From assembly GCA_051532035.1 (NCBI GenBank), contig JAOPTW010000073.1:1-15580 (forward strand): a stretch of DNA of 15,580 nucleotides, written 5' to 3'. The notes beneath the pieces are model-generated. The model was not told the DNA's origin. It searched no databases and worked only from the letters and a program-made list of their open reading frames with translations. Below are positions 1 through 8,033 of the stretch, piece after piece (the first letter of the stretch is position 1; every line of letters begins with the position of its first letter). The position numbers and the translations under genes are program-made. Source of the stretch: Fibrobacterales bacterium (GTDB lineage: Bacteria; Fibrobacterota; Fibrobacteria; Fibrobacterales; JAOPTW01).

Positions 1-727
1 CATAGGCCTCTAAATGGGTAAGGTCGAGTCGTTCTTCCTCAGGTAGCTCACCAACTTCGGGGTATGTAATGTCTGTCGTAAATCCAAATCGCTTAATATA
101 GGGGTTGACTGTATGATCCCAAACTTTAAGGTTAAGTAATAGGTTGTGTGCGTTTTCTGGTGTGTTTTCAATAGCGAGTTCTTTTAATATTTTTGAATTG
201 GGGCTTTTTCCATAGGCGACATCTATAACAGACTGGAGTGTTTCGTGGTCAGATTCGATGATTGTTCTTTGACGAACCCTCTCTATGAATTCGGTCCAAG
301 CAATTTTTTCTGTAGCTTTGGCGTTCCGGCGGTTAAACTCCGTTTCGTATTCATCTTGTGTTGTAGGGGTGATACAGTCAAGGGTGCCTGTAAAATAGAG
401 ACCATCCTGAAGAAGCGTATAGACTGCCCATGCTGCTGCAGGAGTATTTTGTTCATACATTAGGTCCATGAGCTCATCGAGAGATGTGGTTTCACCATCC
501 AATAATTCTCGTATTTCGTTGATATCATTTTCAACAGTAAGAGTAAGTTGAGAAAAATTTGAAAGGGGCCCTGGGTGTAGTATGTTGATATCTTTAGGGC
601 GAACTTTTACTGTTTTTCCTGTAGATAGCTTAATCTCTATTTTGTCTCCAATAGCGATGATTATTGCTGCTTTTTCTCGATATATAACGAGATTGTTCAT
701 GGAAAAGTCTGTACTGCTCTCACTCAT
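1..727 (-). CDS. RNB-domain exoribonuclease (RNase II-like, Deinococcus DrII-type N-terminus), 3'-truncated by the window edge
   Basis: Absent from the ORF track because no stop codon lies in the window. Manual translation from ATG at 727 (alternative ATG at 700) gives 242 open codons: MSESSTDFSMNNLVIYREKAAIIIAIGDKIEIKLSTGKTVKVRPKDINILHPGP...WDHTVNPYIKRFG...LPEEERLDLTHLEAY. RxDLTHLxAY is the typical entry into the RNB catalytic domain, just before the (A/T)IDxxxxxDxDD motif. Confidence 0.85.
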   Translation of the reverse strand, partial: MSESSTDFSMNNLVIYREKAAIIIAIGDKIEIKLSTGKTVKVRPKDINILHPGPLSNFSQLTLTVENDINEIRELLDGETTSLDELMDLMYEQNTPAAAWAVYTLLQDGLYFTGTLDCITPTTQDEYETEFNRRNAKATEKIAWTEFIERVRQRTIIESDHETLQSVIDVAYGKSPNSKILKELAIENTPENAHNLLLNLKVWDHTVNPYIKRFGFTTDITYPEVGELPEEERLDLTHLEAY

Positions 728-891
728 AGGGATTACGCTTGTATGGTGTTAATTGAGTAGTAATATACATTAATTATGGGGATCTCTATAGAGTACTCGA
801 TTATACTCATAGGCAATAGGATGTAAAACACAAATTGTCACGTGTTGGATGTTTGGTTCAAATAGTGTGAAGGTTGTTCTATATAAAATTC

Positions 892-1866
892 CTAACAGAG
901 TGTGATTACAATATTCCCTCTTTTACGTCCAGTATCGACATATCTGTGAGCCTCTACGATCTGTTCAATGGGATAACAGCTATCAATAATCGGTTTCAAA
1001 TCACATGCTTCAACAAGTTCTTTTATTTTGATCATATCGTCAGGTTTGGGATTAAATGACCCCCCAAAACATCGTTTACTTGTAAAGAGGGAGTGGAAGA
1101 ACATTTTAAAAATGATAGCTGGAGGGGCGACTGCTTGGAGGTAGGCACCCTTTGGGGTAAGCATGTTTAAGCAGTTCGATACAACTGTCTTACCTACAGT
1201 GTCAAAAATAACATCGTAGGTGTCGCCCATCTGAGTAAAGTCATGAGTAGTGTAGTCGACTATTCTATCAGCGCCGAGTGAGCTAACCATATCTAGGTTT
1301 GCCCCGCTACAAACGCCTGTGACATTGAGCCCATAGGATTTTGCTATCTGAACTGCTGCTGATCCAACACTGCCTGAGGCTCCATATATTAAGATGTTTT
1401 GTCCTTGTGCAATTCGAGCTTTGCGAAGAAACATAAGTGCTGTTTGCCCACCCAAATTAAGAGTAGCTGCTTCATTGAAGTTCGTATTCTTTGGCATGAG
1501 GGCAATACTTCCGTTTTCGTTTATTGTAGTGTACTCAGCGTAAGTACCAAAGGTGTGGTGACCAGTAAAGGCAAATACTTTGTCTCCCTTTTTAAAGCGG
1601 GTCACTGATTTTCCGACCGATTCGATGACACCAGCACACTCAATGCCAAGAATGTTTTTACGGGGGCGGAAAAAGCCAAGAGCTAACTTTGCGGGTAACC
1701 AAAATGAAAGAGGAACATTAAAGCTCCGTACTCTGCAATCAGCTGATGAGACGGTTGTTGCTCTGATTTTGATCAACACTTCGTCTGCGTTTGGAGATGG
1801 TTTTGCTACATCCTGTATTGTAAGTACTTCAGGTGCGCCGTACTTTGTGCAAACAACTGCTTTCAT
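892..1866 (-). CDS. NAD(P)-dependent oxidoreductase, MDR superfamily (zinc-independent quinone-oxidoreductase-like)
   Basis: 324 aa. MKAVV..YGAPEVL start, EVLIKI, LGIECAGVIE, Rossmann motif GASGSVG, DVIFDTVG and C-terminal AHRYVDTGRKRGNIVI. No GHE motif or structural-Zn Cys4 lobe. SD-like GGGAGA upstream. Confidence 0.9.
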   Translation of the reverse strand: MKAVVCTKYGAPEVLTIQDVAKPSPNADEVLIKIRATTVSSADCRVRSFNVPLSFWLPAKLALGFFRPRKNILGIECAGVIESVGKSVTRFKKGDKVFAFTGHHTFGTYAEYTTINENGSIALMPKNTNFNEAATLNLGGQTALMFLRKARIAQGQNILIYGASGSVGSAAVQIAKSYGLNVTGVCSGANLDMVSSLGADRIVDYTTHDFTQMGDTYDVIFDTVGKTVVSNCLNMLTPKGAYLQAVAPPAIIFKMFFHSLFTSKRCFGGSFNPKPDDMIKIKELVEACDLKPIIDSCYPIEQIVEAHRYVDTGRKRGNIVITLC

Positions 1867-1915
1867 GGGTGTCTCCCAGTGTATGTTTCTATACAGAAAC
1901 TATTACCTGAATTAA

Positions 1916-2611
1916 TTATTTGATTTTAACCATCTGAATCTGCTCAAGGTTTACCAAGTTTATAAATCGATCAATCATATCAAATTCTGCTCCTGGGAAG
2001 GCGACGTTGAGCATCCACATGGGTACAGAAATTGGGGGAACCATCTTTGCTAGAGTAGTGATTTTTACACGCCCATCTTTGAGGTCTCTAAAGCTATAAG
2101 TAACGGTATATTCTTTTTGGCGATTCACATCCTTAGCCTTTTTATATAGAGAAGGGGCCGACTGTAAGTGAAATGATGCTTCAGTACCGGTCGAGTCAAT
2201 TGAATAGGTCATCTTGTTAACCATGTCAAAATCGGAGAGTGGCCACGGTGAGTCGTTATAGAGATACACTATCCACTCATTTTCAGAAATAGTTTTGACT
2301 ATGTTACTTTCTTTTTTTTCAAATATGATTTTGTGTTTTGAAATATCTTTCATTGTTGAAATACAATGCTGCATATTCAGACTGTCGATAGTTACCGCGG
2401 TGTATTCTATTATTGGGTCGGTCTCCCCATTACTATCAGTTCTTTCTGTTATACTCCATTTTATTGTTGTTTTTTTGTTGTCTGATACTGCTTCATTCCA
2501 TTGCTCATCACTGGCCCAGGCTCCTGTGGAGGCAAGTAGAATTCCTAGTGCAACTAGGATGTTTGGATAGGTAGAAACGTGCATTACGCTGAAACATGAA
2601 AATGCTTTCAT
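1916..2611 (-). CDS. Exported START/SRPBCC-like lipid-binding protein
   Basis: 231 aa. Hydrophobic N-terminal segment ending AWA-S (signal peptide-like). YLYNDSPWPLSDFD resembles the START PWPxxxRD motif, and PPISVPMWMLN resembles the START GxxPxWxxN C-terminal motif. SD AGGA upstream. Confidence 0.7.
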   Translation of the reverse strand: MKAFSCFSVMHVSTYPNILVALGILLASTGAWASDEQWNEAVSDNKKTTIKWSITERTDSNGETDPIIEYTAVTIDSLNMQHCISTMKDISKHKIIFEKKESNIVKTISENEWIVYLYNDSPWPLSDFDMVNKMTYSIDSTGTEASFHLQSAPSLYKKAKDVNRQKEYTVTYSFRDLKDGRVKITTLAKMVPPISVPMWMLNVAFPGAEFDMIDRFINLVNLEQIQMVKIK

Positions 2612-2654
2612 TATATTTTCCTTTAAAGGTGAATGTTAGTTGTTGTTAAATTTG

Positions 2655-2870
2655 TTAATCTTCCTCATCAGGGGTGAATTCAAGAATGTCACCTGGTTGG
2701 CAATTAAGCTCTCTACATAGTGCGTTGAGTGTCTCAATACGTACAGCTCGTGCCTTACCAGTTTTAAATATGGAGAGGTTTGAATTCGTTAACTCAATTC
2801 TTTTAGCGAGTTCTCCGAGAGAGATCTTTCGGTCTGCCATTACTCTGTCAAGTCTGAATATAATACTCAT
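2655..2870 (-). CDS. XRE/Cro-family HTH transcriptional regulator (YozG-like, HTH_26)
   Basis: 71 aa. LDRVMADRKISLGELA..IELTNSNLSIFKTGKARAVRIETLNALCRELNCQPGDILEF is the characteristic YozG-family pattern, and it lies directly downstream of a DUF2975 gene, the usual pairing. Confidence 0.93.
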   Translation of the reverse strand: MSIIFRLDRVMADRKISLGELAKRIELTNSNLSIFKTGKARAVRIETLNALCRELNCQPGDILEFTPDEED

Positions 2871-2882
2871 TGCTTCTCTCGC

Positions 2883-3392
2883 TTATACAGTGTAGTCGTG
2901 CTCTTCTTGCAAGACCGTTCCGTTTTTAAAAATTTCACAGACAATAAAGAGTATTAACCCCAAGAGTAATGAGGAAAAACTGAATGTCATGATGGAGAAT
3001 ACTATAACAAGTTTACTGATCACTCGTAATAGGGTTACATTGCCGGGATCGAATACAATATTTTGTTTTAGGTTTAAGAAGAATTGATGGGCTCGTTTAA
3101 TGATGCTGAGCAGGAGTATGACTACGGCGATTAGATAAGGGAGAATAAATATTTTTGCAGCCATCGGTAGGGTATGTATTTCAACAACCTCCTGATCATT
3201 TGTAATTTCTTGAAAGAATAGGTAATTGGCTTGAGAAAAGCCCGTTGCTTCGGCATCAGTAACCGGTGGTACAAATAATATAATGGAGAGTATTACGACA
3301 ATAAAGATGGTACAGGCTATTGTTATGTGCCATGAGATTCGTAATAGTCCGCTTAAGAATGATGAGAGTGATTTTTCACCTAAATATTTCAT
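2883..3392 (-). CDS. DUF2975-family membrane protein (YoaS-like)
   Basis: 169 aa with 3-4 hydrophobic segments, VFDPGNV..LR and C-terminal EIFKNGTVLQEEHDYTV signature. SD GAGG upstream. 12 bp before the YozG-like HTH gene. Confidence 0.88.
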   Translation of the reverse strand: MKYLGEKSLSSFLSGLLRISWHITIACTIFIVVILSIILFVPPVTDAEATGFSQANYLFFQEITNDQEVVEIHTLPMAAKIFILPYLIAVVILLLSIIKRAHQFFLNLKQNIVFDPGNVTLLRVISKLVIVFSIMTFSFSSLLLGLILFIVCEIFKNGTVLQEEHDYTV

Positions 3393-3432
3393 GGGTAACC
3401 TCGCGTATTGCTGGATTAAATATATATAATAA

Positions 3433-3491
3433 TTAGCGAATGCCAGACATAATATATTGAATTACAATAAAAAATACTCGAATTAGGTTAA
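3433..3491. promoter_or_regulatory. Putative operator array for the YozG-like repressor
   Basis: Palindrome TATTG-AATTA-CAATA at 3455-3469, flanked by two degenerate copies. The GAAT cores start at 3438, 3459 and 3480 (21-bp period), just upstream of the DUF2975 start. Confidence 0.5.
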
Positions 3492-3587
3492 AATAATCCT
3501 CCTTGCCATATGGTAAATACAAGTTGTAATACTTGTCAAGCTATGGATCGAGACTATTGTATAGGGCTACAAGTAATTGTATATTGT

Positions 3588-3622
3588 GACGTATATATGC
3601 GACAATAACGCAACTATACGAC
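3588..3622 (+). promoter_or_regulatory. Putative tandem ArsR operator boxes
   Basis: GACGTATATATGCGAC (3588-3603) and AACGCAACTATACGAC (3607-3622) are both ACG-N8-CGAC, 19 bp apart, ending 6 bp before the arsR ATG. Confidence 0.55.
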
Positions 3623-3628
3623 GGAAAT

Positions 3629-3961
3629 ATGGAATCAAAAACAGATAAATTTACTGCACGGCTTCAGAATGCTGCAGCTACAGGGAAGCTTCTTTCTCAT
3701 CCTGCTCGCATTGCAATTCTGGAGTTTTTAGCTGAACAGAACTCTTGTTTTAGTGGTGATATTTCAAAACACCTTCCCTTAGGGAGGAGCACCGTAGCAC
3801 AGCACATAAATGAGTTAAAAGCTGCGGGCTGGGTGAAGGGAGTCATAACGGGCTCTAAAATTAGTTACTGTCTCGATAGTAAAAAGATCAAAAAACAATC
3901 AACAGAGCTTTATGCATTTCTTGAAAAATGTGATAACTCAACTATTGGTAATTGTGAATAA
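3629..3961 (+). CDS. arsR: ArsR/SmtB-family metalloregulatory repressor
   Basis: 110 aa. KLLSHPARIAILEFL, SCFSGDI, LGRSTVAQHINELKAAG winged HTH and YCL motif. Immediately upstream of acr3. Confidence 0.9.
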   Translation: MESKTDKFTARLQNAAATGKLLSHPARIAILEFLAEQNSCFSGDISKHLPLGRSTVAQHINELKAAGWVKGVITGSKISYCLDSKKIKKQSTELYAFLEKCDNSTIGNCE

Positions 3962-3972
3962 AGGAGAATAGC

Positions 3973-5016
3973 ATGAGTAATGAAAATGAAGGAATAGGCT
4001 TTTTTGAACGGTACCTAACAGTATGGGTGATACTCTCGATTGTTGTTGGTATCGGTATCGGTGCCTTGGTGGGCGACTCTATCGCAGTAATCAGTAGTTT
4101 AGAGTTTAATACCATTAACATTCCTGTGGCCCTATTGGTATGGGCAATGATATACCCTATGATGGTTCAAATTGATTTTAGCAAGGCCGGTGATGCTTCA
4201 CATTATGTAAAAGGGTTAAGCGTAACGGTGATAATGAATTGGCTTGTTAAGCCGTTCTCTATGGCGCTCTTTGCGTGGTTATTCTTTTCAAATATATACT
4301 CAGCATGGGTTTCTCCAGAACTTGCCAAAGAGTACATTGCTGGCGCGATATTACTTGGTGCTGCACCGTGTACCGCAATGGTATTTGTATGGTCGTACTT
4401 AACCAAAGGTGATCCCAATTATACCCTTTCGCAGGTATCAATAAATGATCTAATTATATTGATTGCTTTTATCCCCTTGGTTACATTTCTTTTAGGGATA
4501 TCAGATATTTCAATTCCATTTGATACTCTGCTTACATCAGTTGTTGTGTTCGTTGTTATTCCTCTTGTTGCAGGTTTTTTAACAAATCGTACATTGATCA
4601 AAATACATGGTGAGGAGTGGTTTAAAAATGTGTTTCTGCCTAAACTAAAGCCAGTATCTATCATTGCACTCTTATCAACTCTAGTATTGCTCTTTGCTTT
4701 TCAGGGCGACAAAATACTCGATAATCCATTTCATATTTTATTGATAGCTATCCCTCTAACAATTCAGACCTATTTAATATTTTTTCTCACCTGGAAGTTT
4801 GGGTGTGCTCTAAAGCTCCCTCATACTATTGTATCACCTTCTGCAATGATTGGGGCAAGTAACTTTTTTGAACTCGCAGTTGCGGTTGCAATTGCACTCT
4901 TTGGGCTTGACTCAGGTGCATCTTTGGTAACGGTAGTGGGTGTTTTGATTGAAGTACCTATTATGCTTTCATTAGTGCGTTGGTCTAATAAGCATAATTT
5001 TGATGCCAATGTATAA
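3973..5016 (+). CDS. acr3: ACR3-family arsenite efflux transporter
   Basis: 347 aa, about 10 TM segments. FFERYLTVWV, MIYPMM, NWLVKPFSM, GAAPCTAMVFVW (conserved Cys), GASNFFELAVAVA and VGVLIEVP. SD AAGGAG. Confidence 0.96.
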   Translation: MSNENEGIGFFERYLTVWVILSIVVGIGIGALVGDSIAVISSLEFNTINIPVALLVWAMIYPMMVQIDFSKAGDASHYVKGLSVTVIMNWLVKPFSMALFAWLFFSNIYSAWVSPELAKEYIAGAILLGAAPCTAMVFVWSYLTKGDPNYTLSQVSINDLIILIAFIPLVTFLLGISDISIPFDTLLTSVVVFVVIPLVAGFLTNRTLIKIHGEEWFKNVFLPKLKPVSIIALLSTLVLLFAFQGDKILDNPFHILLIAIPLTIQTYLIFFLTWKFGCALKLPHTIVSPSAMIGASNFFELAVAVAIALFGLDSGASLVTVVGVLIEVPIMLSLVRWSNKHNFDANV

Positions 5017-5055
5017 GAATAGCGTGATTAAAAATAGATAGAGAATGGGGTAGGG

Positions 5056-6387
5056 TTAGAGCATGCGATTGATCTTAAATCCACCACTGGTGTGCTTCTG
5101 AGCCAATAGAAGGTGTGTCTGAGCGCTCTCTTTAAATTGCCTTAACCCACTCTCGGATCTAGGTATACCAAACTGCGCTCCTATAGAAACGGTAAGTGGT
5201 GAGCCTTCTGTTTTTCCAGGATGTAGAATAGCGCACTTCTCCATGGTGACTAGAAAATGTTGAATTTTAAGTTGTAGCTCACCATATGAATCACCGATAG
5301 TTGAAATTCCAAAAAGATTCTCTTGAGATCGTTTAAATGACGTTCTTGACTCTCCAAAGACGGTATGGGCAGAATGTTGTATACTCGACAAGGTTTGATT
5401 GAGTTGTTCTGGGCTACTCGTACCTTTGTATTCTTCAAATGAGTCGATGGCGATACAGATGAGTGAAAAGGAAGTATTGGTTTCTATACAAGTAGTCCAC
5501 TGTTTAATAAAGAATTGATTGAAGGAGTCGTCGTCTATGGGGATGATGGTATTAGTGGCTTTAGGGGCGATGGGTTTGTCGAGATCAAATTCATCATCCT
5601 CTTCTTCTATTTTATTCGGTTGTATTTCAGAAGTAACCATTGAGAGGTGGAGTGTGTTGAGAAGCTCATCTTTGGTAAAAGGTTTGGGAAGGAAGTTTGA
5701 CGCGCCAGCATCAAATGCTTCAACCATGTGTTCATGAGAGGAGTTGCCTGTGACCATAATGATGGGGACTGTTGCATTAATTATTCTCATCTCTCTCAGG
5801 ACATCAATACCATCAAGTTTTGGCATCTGCCAGTCGAGGATAACAAGGGCAAACTGTTGAGCCTTAAATAGTTTGAGAGCCTCGGCTCCATCGCACGCTT
5901 CAGTGATTTTATCGAAGGAGTGGTCGGCGTTAATTGCTTTGCGTATTGTAGCGCGTATTAATGCCGAGTCATCAGCAATGAGTACCGAACTGTTCTTGGT
6001 GGTTTTAAGCTTCTCATGATAATTGCTGAGTACTTTATTTACTTTAGCCTCTAATCCAGAAGCGTCAAAGGGTTTAATAAGGTATTCATTGGCCCCTGCG
6101 GTGATGGCATTGATAATACTTTCTTTGTCTCCTGCAGAGGTACAGATAATGACTGGAATCAATTTGTTATGTTCACGTATGTGCATGAGTGTCTCTATCC
6201 CATCCATAATGGGCATATACCAGTCGAGTATGATGACATCGTATGAGAAATTATCTTTAAGGAGGACTTCTAGTCCTTCTTTACCATTTTCAGCATCAGT
6301 GACGGAGTTAAATCCTAGGTCGTTGATGAGAATGCTTTTAATTAATTTTCTGACGGTTAAAGAATCATCAATAATAAGTGCGCGCAT
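5056..6387 (-). CDS. Dual-receiver response regulator with C-terminal degenerate GGDEF-like domain
   Basis: REC1 (IIDD, ILDWYMPIMDG, CTS, KPF) and REC2 (IADD, ILDWQMPKLDG, VTG, KPF), then an acidic linker. The C-terminus has a GGDEF-like pattern (FSLICIAIDSFEEY, LTVSIG) with RSQENLF where RxGGDEF is expected. Confidence 0.85.
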   Translation of the reverse strand: MRALIIDDSLTVRKLIKSILINDLGFNSVTDAENGKEGLEVLLKDNFSYDVIILDWYMPIMDGIETLMHIREHNKLIPVIICTSAGDKESIINAITAGANEYLIKPFDASGLEAKVNKVLSNYHEKLKTTKNSSVLIADDSALIRATIRKAINADHSFDKITEACDGAEALKLFKAQQFALVILDWQMPKLDGIDVLREMRIINATVPIIMVTGNSSHEHMVEAFDAGASNFLPKPFTKDELLNTLHLSMVTSEIQPNKIEEEDDEFDLDKPIAPKATNTIIPIDDDSFNQFFIKQWTTCIETNTSFSLICIAIDSFEEYKGTSSPEQLNQTLSSIQHSAHTVFGESRTSFKRSQENLFGISTIGDSYGELQLKIQHFLVTMEKCAILHPGKTEGSPLTVSIGAQFGIPRSESGLRQFKESAQTHLLLAQKHTSGGFKINRML

Positions 6388-6612
6388 TGGTGCTCAATGT
6401 GAATGGGATATTGTTTGAGCTATTATACTATACAATGTAGTATGGAGCAATGAAAATTCATTCGATTATTACTTCTTTGTAATGGCACTTTTCATCAAAA
6501 ATAAAGATATCCTTTGTTATTATGAGTTTTGCCTCTTTTTTTTCTCTTAATGTGGGAGATTGTCCAGAATTGTGGTAGGCTTAATAGGTATTCACAGTAT
6601 AGAGATACTATT

Positions 6613-7464
6613 ATGAGTTCATTTGCTCTCCGGGATTTGATGATTGAAAATATGAACATACCAACAAAGCCGGATAATTTGGTAGCTTTTTTGAATGAGG
6701 CATCTCGAGAAGAACCATCAATACAGCGACTTGAAGAAATAATACAACATGATGCAGCTATATGTGTACAGATTTTAAAAACGGTAAATTCATCCTACTT
6801 TGCACTTGCACATGATGTGAGTTCAATTCAGCAAGCGATAATGATTATGGGACTGAATGAACTTAAAAACCTAGTATACTGTTTTACTATAAAAAATACC
6901 TTTTCGAAAATGACTGCAGAGATGGATTATTTTTGGGACAAGGCACAACAAGTGGCCTATCTTGCGACGCAACTGGCAAAAAAGTTCACCTATCTCCCTG
7001 CAGATGAAGTCTTTTCATTAGCCTACCTGTGTAATACAGGTGTTATGCCCATAATGGATGACTTTAAGAGCTATTATAGCTTTTATACTGAGAATGAGTT
7101 TAATGCGGATCGGTCAGTAGTGACGAGTGAAGATGGCGAGTTTCGACTTGATCATGCTGTTGTTGGTGGGTTTATTGCCAAACGATGGGGGTTGCCCACA
7201 TTTTTACGAGTAGGTATTAGTGCGCATCATAGTGCAATAGAAGACCCTGATTCTGTGCAGGTAAGTGATGGAGTAATTAAACATAGAATTATTGCATCTG
7301 TTGCATTAATTCACTGTGCAGAATATTACTTCTGTAAAGCAAATAAATTGCCCACTCCATTCGAGTATGCACAGCGGAGTGAGAAAATTTGTTCTATTTT
7401 GAGTATCGATAAAAAAGAAATGGAAGGATATATTCAACAAGAGATTGATGAAATCTCAGAGTAA
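6613..7464 (+). CDS. HDOD-domain signal transduction protein
   Basis: IPTKP, IIQHDAAICVQILKTVNSSYF, VSSIQQAIMIMG, FWDKA, DHAVVGGFIAKRWGLP and ISAHH are HDOD hallmarks. ATG at 6613 is preferred over the track's TTG at 6529. Confidence 0.88.
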   Translation: MSSFALRDLMIENMNIPTKPDNLVAFLNEASREEPSIQRLEEIIQHDAAICVQILKTVNSSYFALAHDVSSIQQAIMIMGLNELKNLVYCFTIKNTFSKMTAEMDYFWDKAQQVAYLATQLAKKFTYLPADEVFSLAYLCNTGVMPIMDDFKSYYSFYTENEFNADRSVVTSEDGEFRLDHAVVGGFIAKRWGLPTFLRVGISAHHSAIEDPDSVQVSDGVIKHRIIASVALIHCAEYYFCKANKLPTPFEYAQRSEKICSILSIDKKEMEGYIQQEIDEISE

Positions 7465-7551
7465 CTCTCAGGGGTAGTTCTTCTGAATTCCCATTTGGTT
7501 CTGATTTGCCTATATTTCCTTTAAAATTACGATCTGAAGAACAGAGGATTT

Positions 7552-8010
7552 ATGATGAATGTAATAGAAATTCTTAAAAGTACTCGAGATGCACTGATAA
7601 CATCATGTGAAGCACTCACGGATGAACAACTTCTGTTAATCCCTGAAGGGTGGTCTAACAATATTTTGTGGCACCTGGGTCATTGTTTAGTGACTCAGCA
7701 GATTCTGATTTACAAGCGTGCACAATCAACAATGTACGTTTCTGACGACCTTATCAACCAATTTGTAAAAGGGTCCTCTCCACAAGAGTGGAAGGGGGAT
7801 GTTGATATTCGGCATATTTTTAAAGAGTTACAGCGTATCCCTTCTTTACTCAATGAGGACTACTCTGAACTTCAAAAGAATGAGTATCAATCTTTTGTAA
7901 CGGGGACCGGTACCCCAATTAATTCCCTTGATGATGCAATCTCCTTCAATCTCTATCATGAAGGAATGCATATGGGTTTAATTTTTAGACTAAAGAAAGC
8001 TGTAGTCTAA
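7552..8010 (+). CDS. DinB-family (DinB_2) protein, possible metal-dependent thiol S-transferase
   Basis: 152 aa. IPEGWSNNILWHLGH and HEGMHMG provide the His triad of the DinB/YfiT four-helix fold. SD AGAGGA. Confidence 0.88.
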   Translation: MMNVIEILKSTRDALITSCEALTDEQLLLIPEGWSNNILWHLGHCLVTQQILIYKRAQSTMYVSDDLINQFVKGSSPQEWKGDVDIRHIFKELQRIPSLLNEDYSELQKNEYQSFVTGTGTPINSLDDAISFNLYHEGMHMGLIFRLKKAVV

Positions 8011-8033
8011 AAAGGAGTTATTCAGTTTCCTTT
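8011..8033. terminator. Possible weak hairpin terminator at the convergent dinB/lipoprotein junction
   Basis: AAAGGAG (8011-8017) pairs with TTCCTTT (8027-8033) around a 9-nt loop. The two stop codons are only 7 bp apart. Confidence 0.3.

Noticed and set aside
245..463. 72-aa plus-strand ORF with a CPCCC cluster
   Set aside because: Antisense to the RNB gene. The Cys run mirrors the Ala/Trp codons (PAAAWA) of the real frame.
874..2895. Short plus-strand ORFs (874, 1399, 1580, 2295, 2674)
   Set aside because: Antisense shadows of the MDR, START and HTH genes, with no recognisable motifs.
3519..3581. Short palindromes ACAAGT-N6-ACTTGT and TACAA-N4-TTGTA between the DUF2975 gene and arsR
   Set aside because: Short and AT-rich, plausible by chance, and not attributable to either regulator.
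3629..5016. ars module as a mobile element
   Set aside because: No transposase, integrase, terminal inverted repeats or target-site duplication visible.
4203..6418. Short ORFs within acr3 and the response regulator
   Set aside because: Nested in or opposite well-supported genes, with no independent coding evidence.
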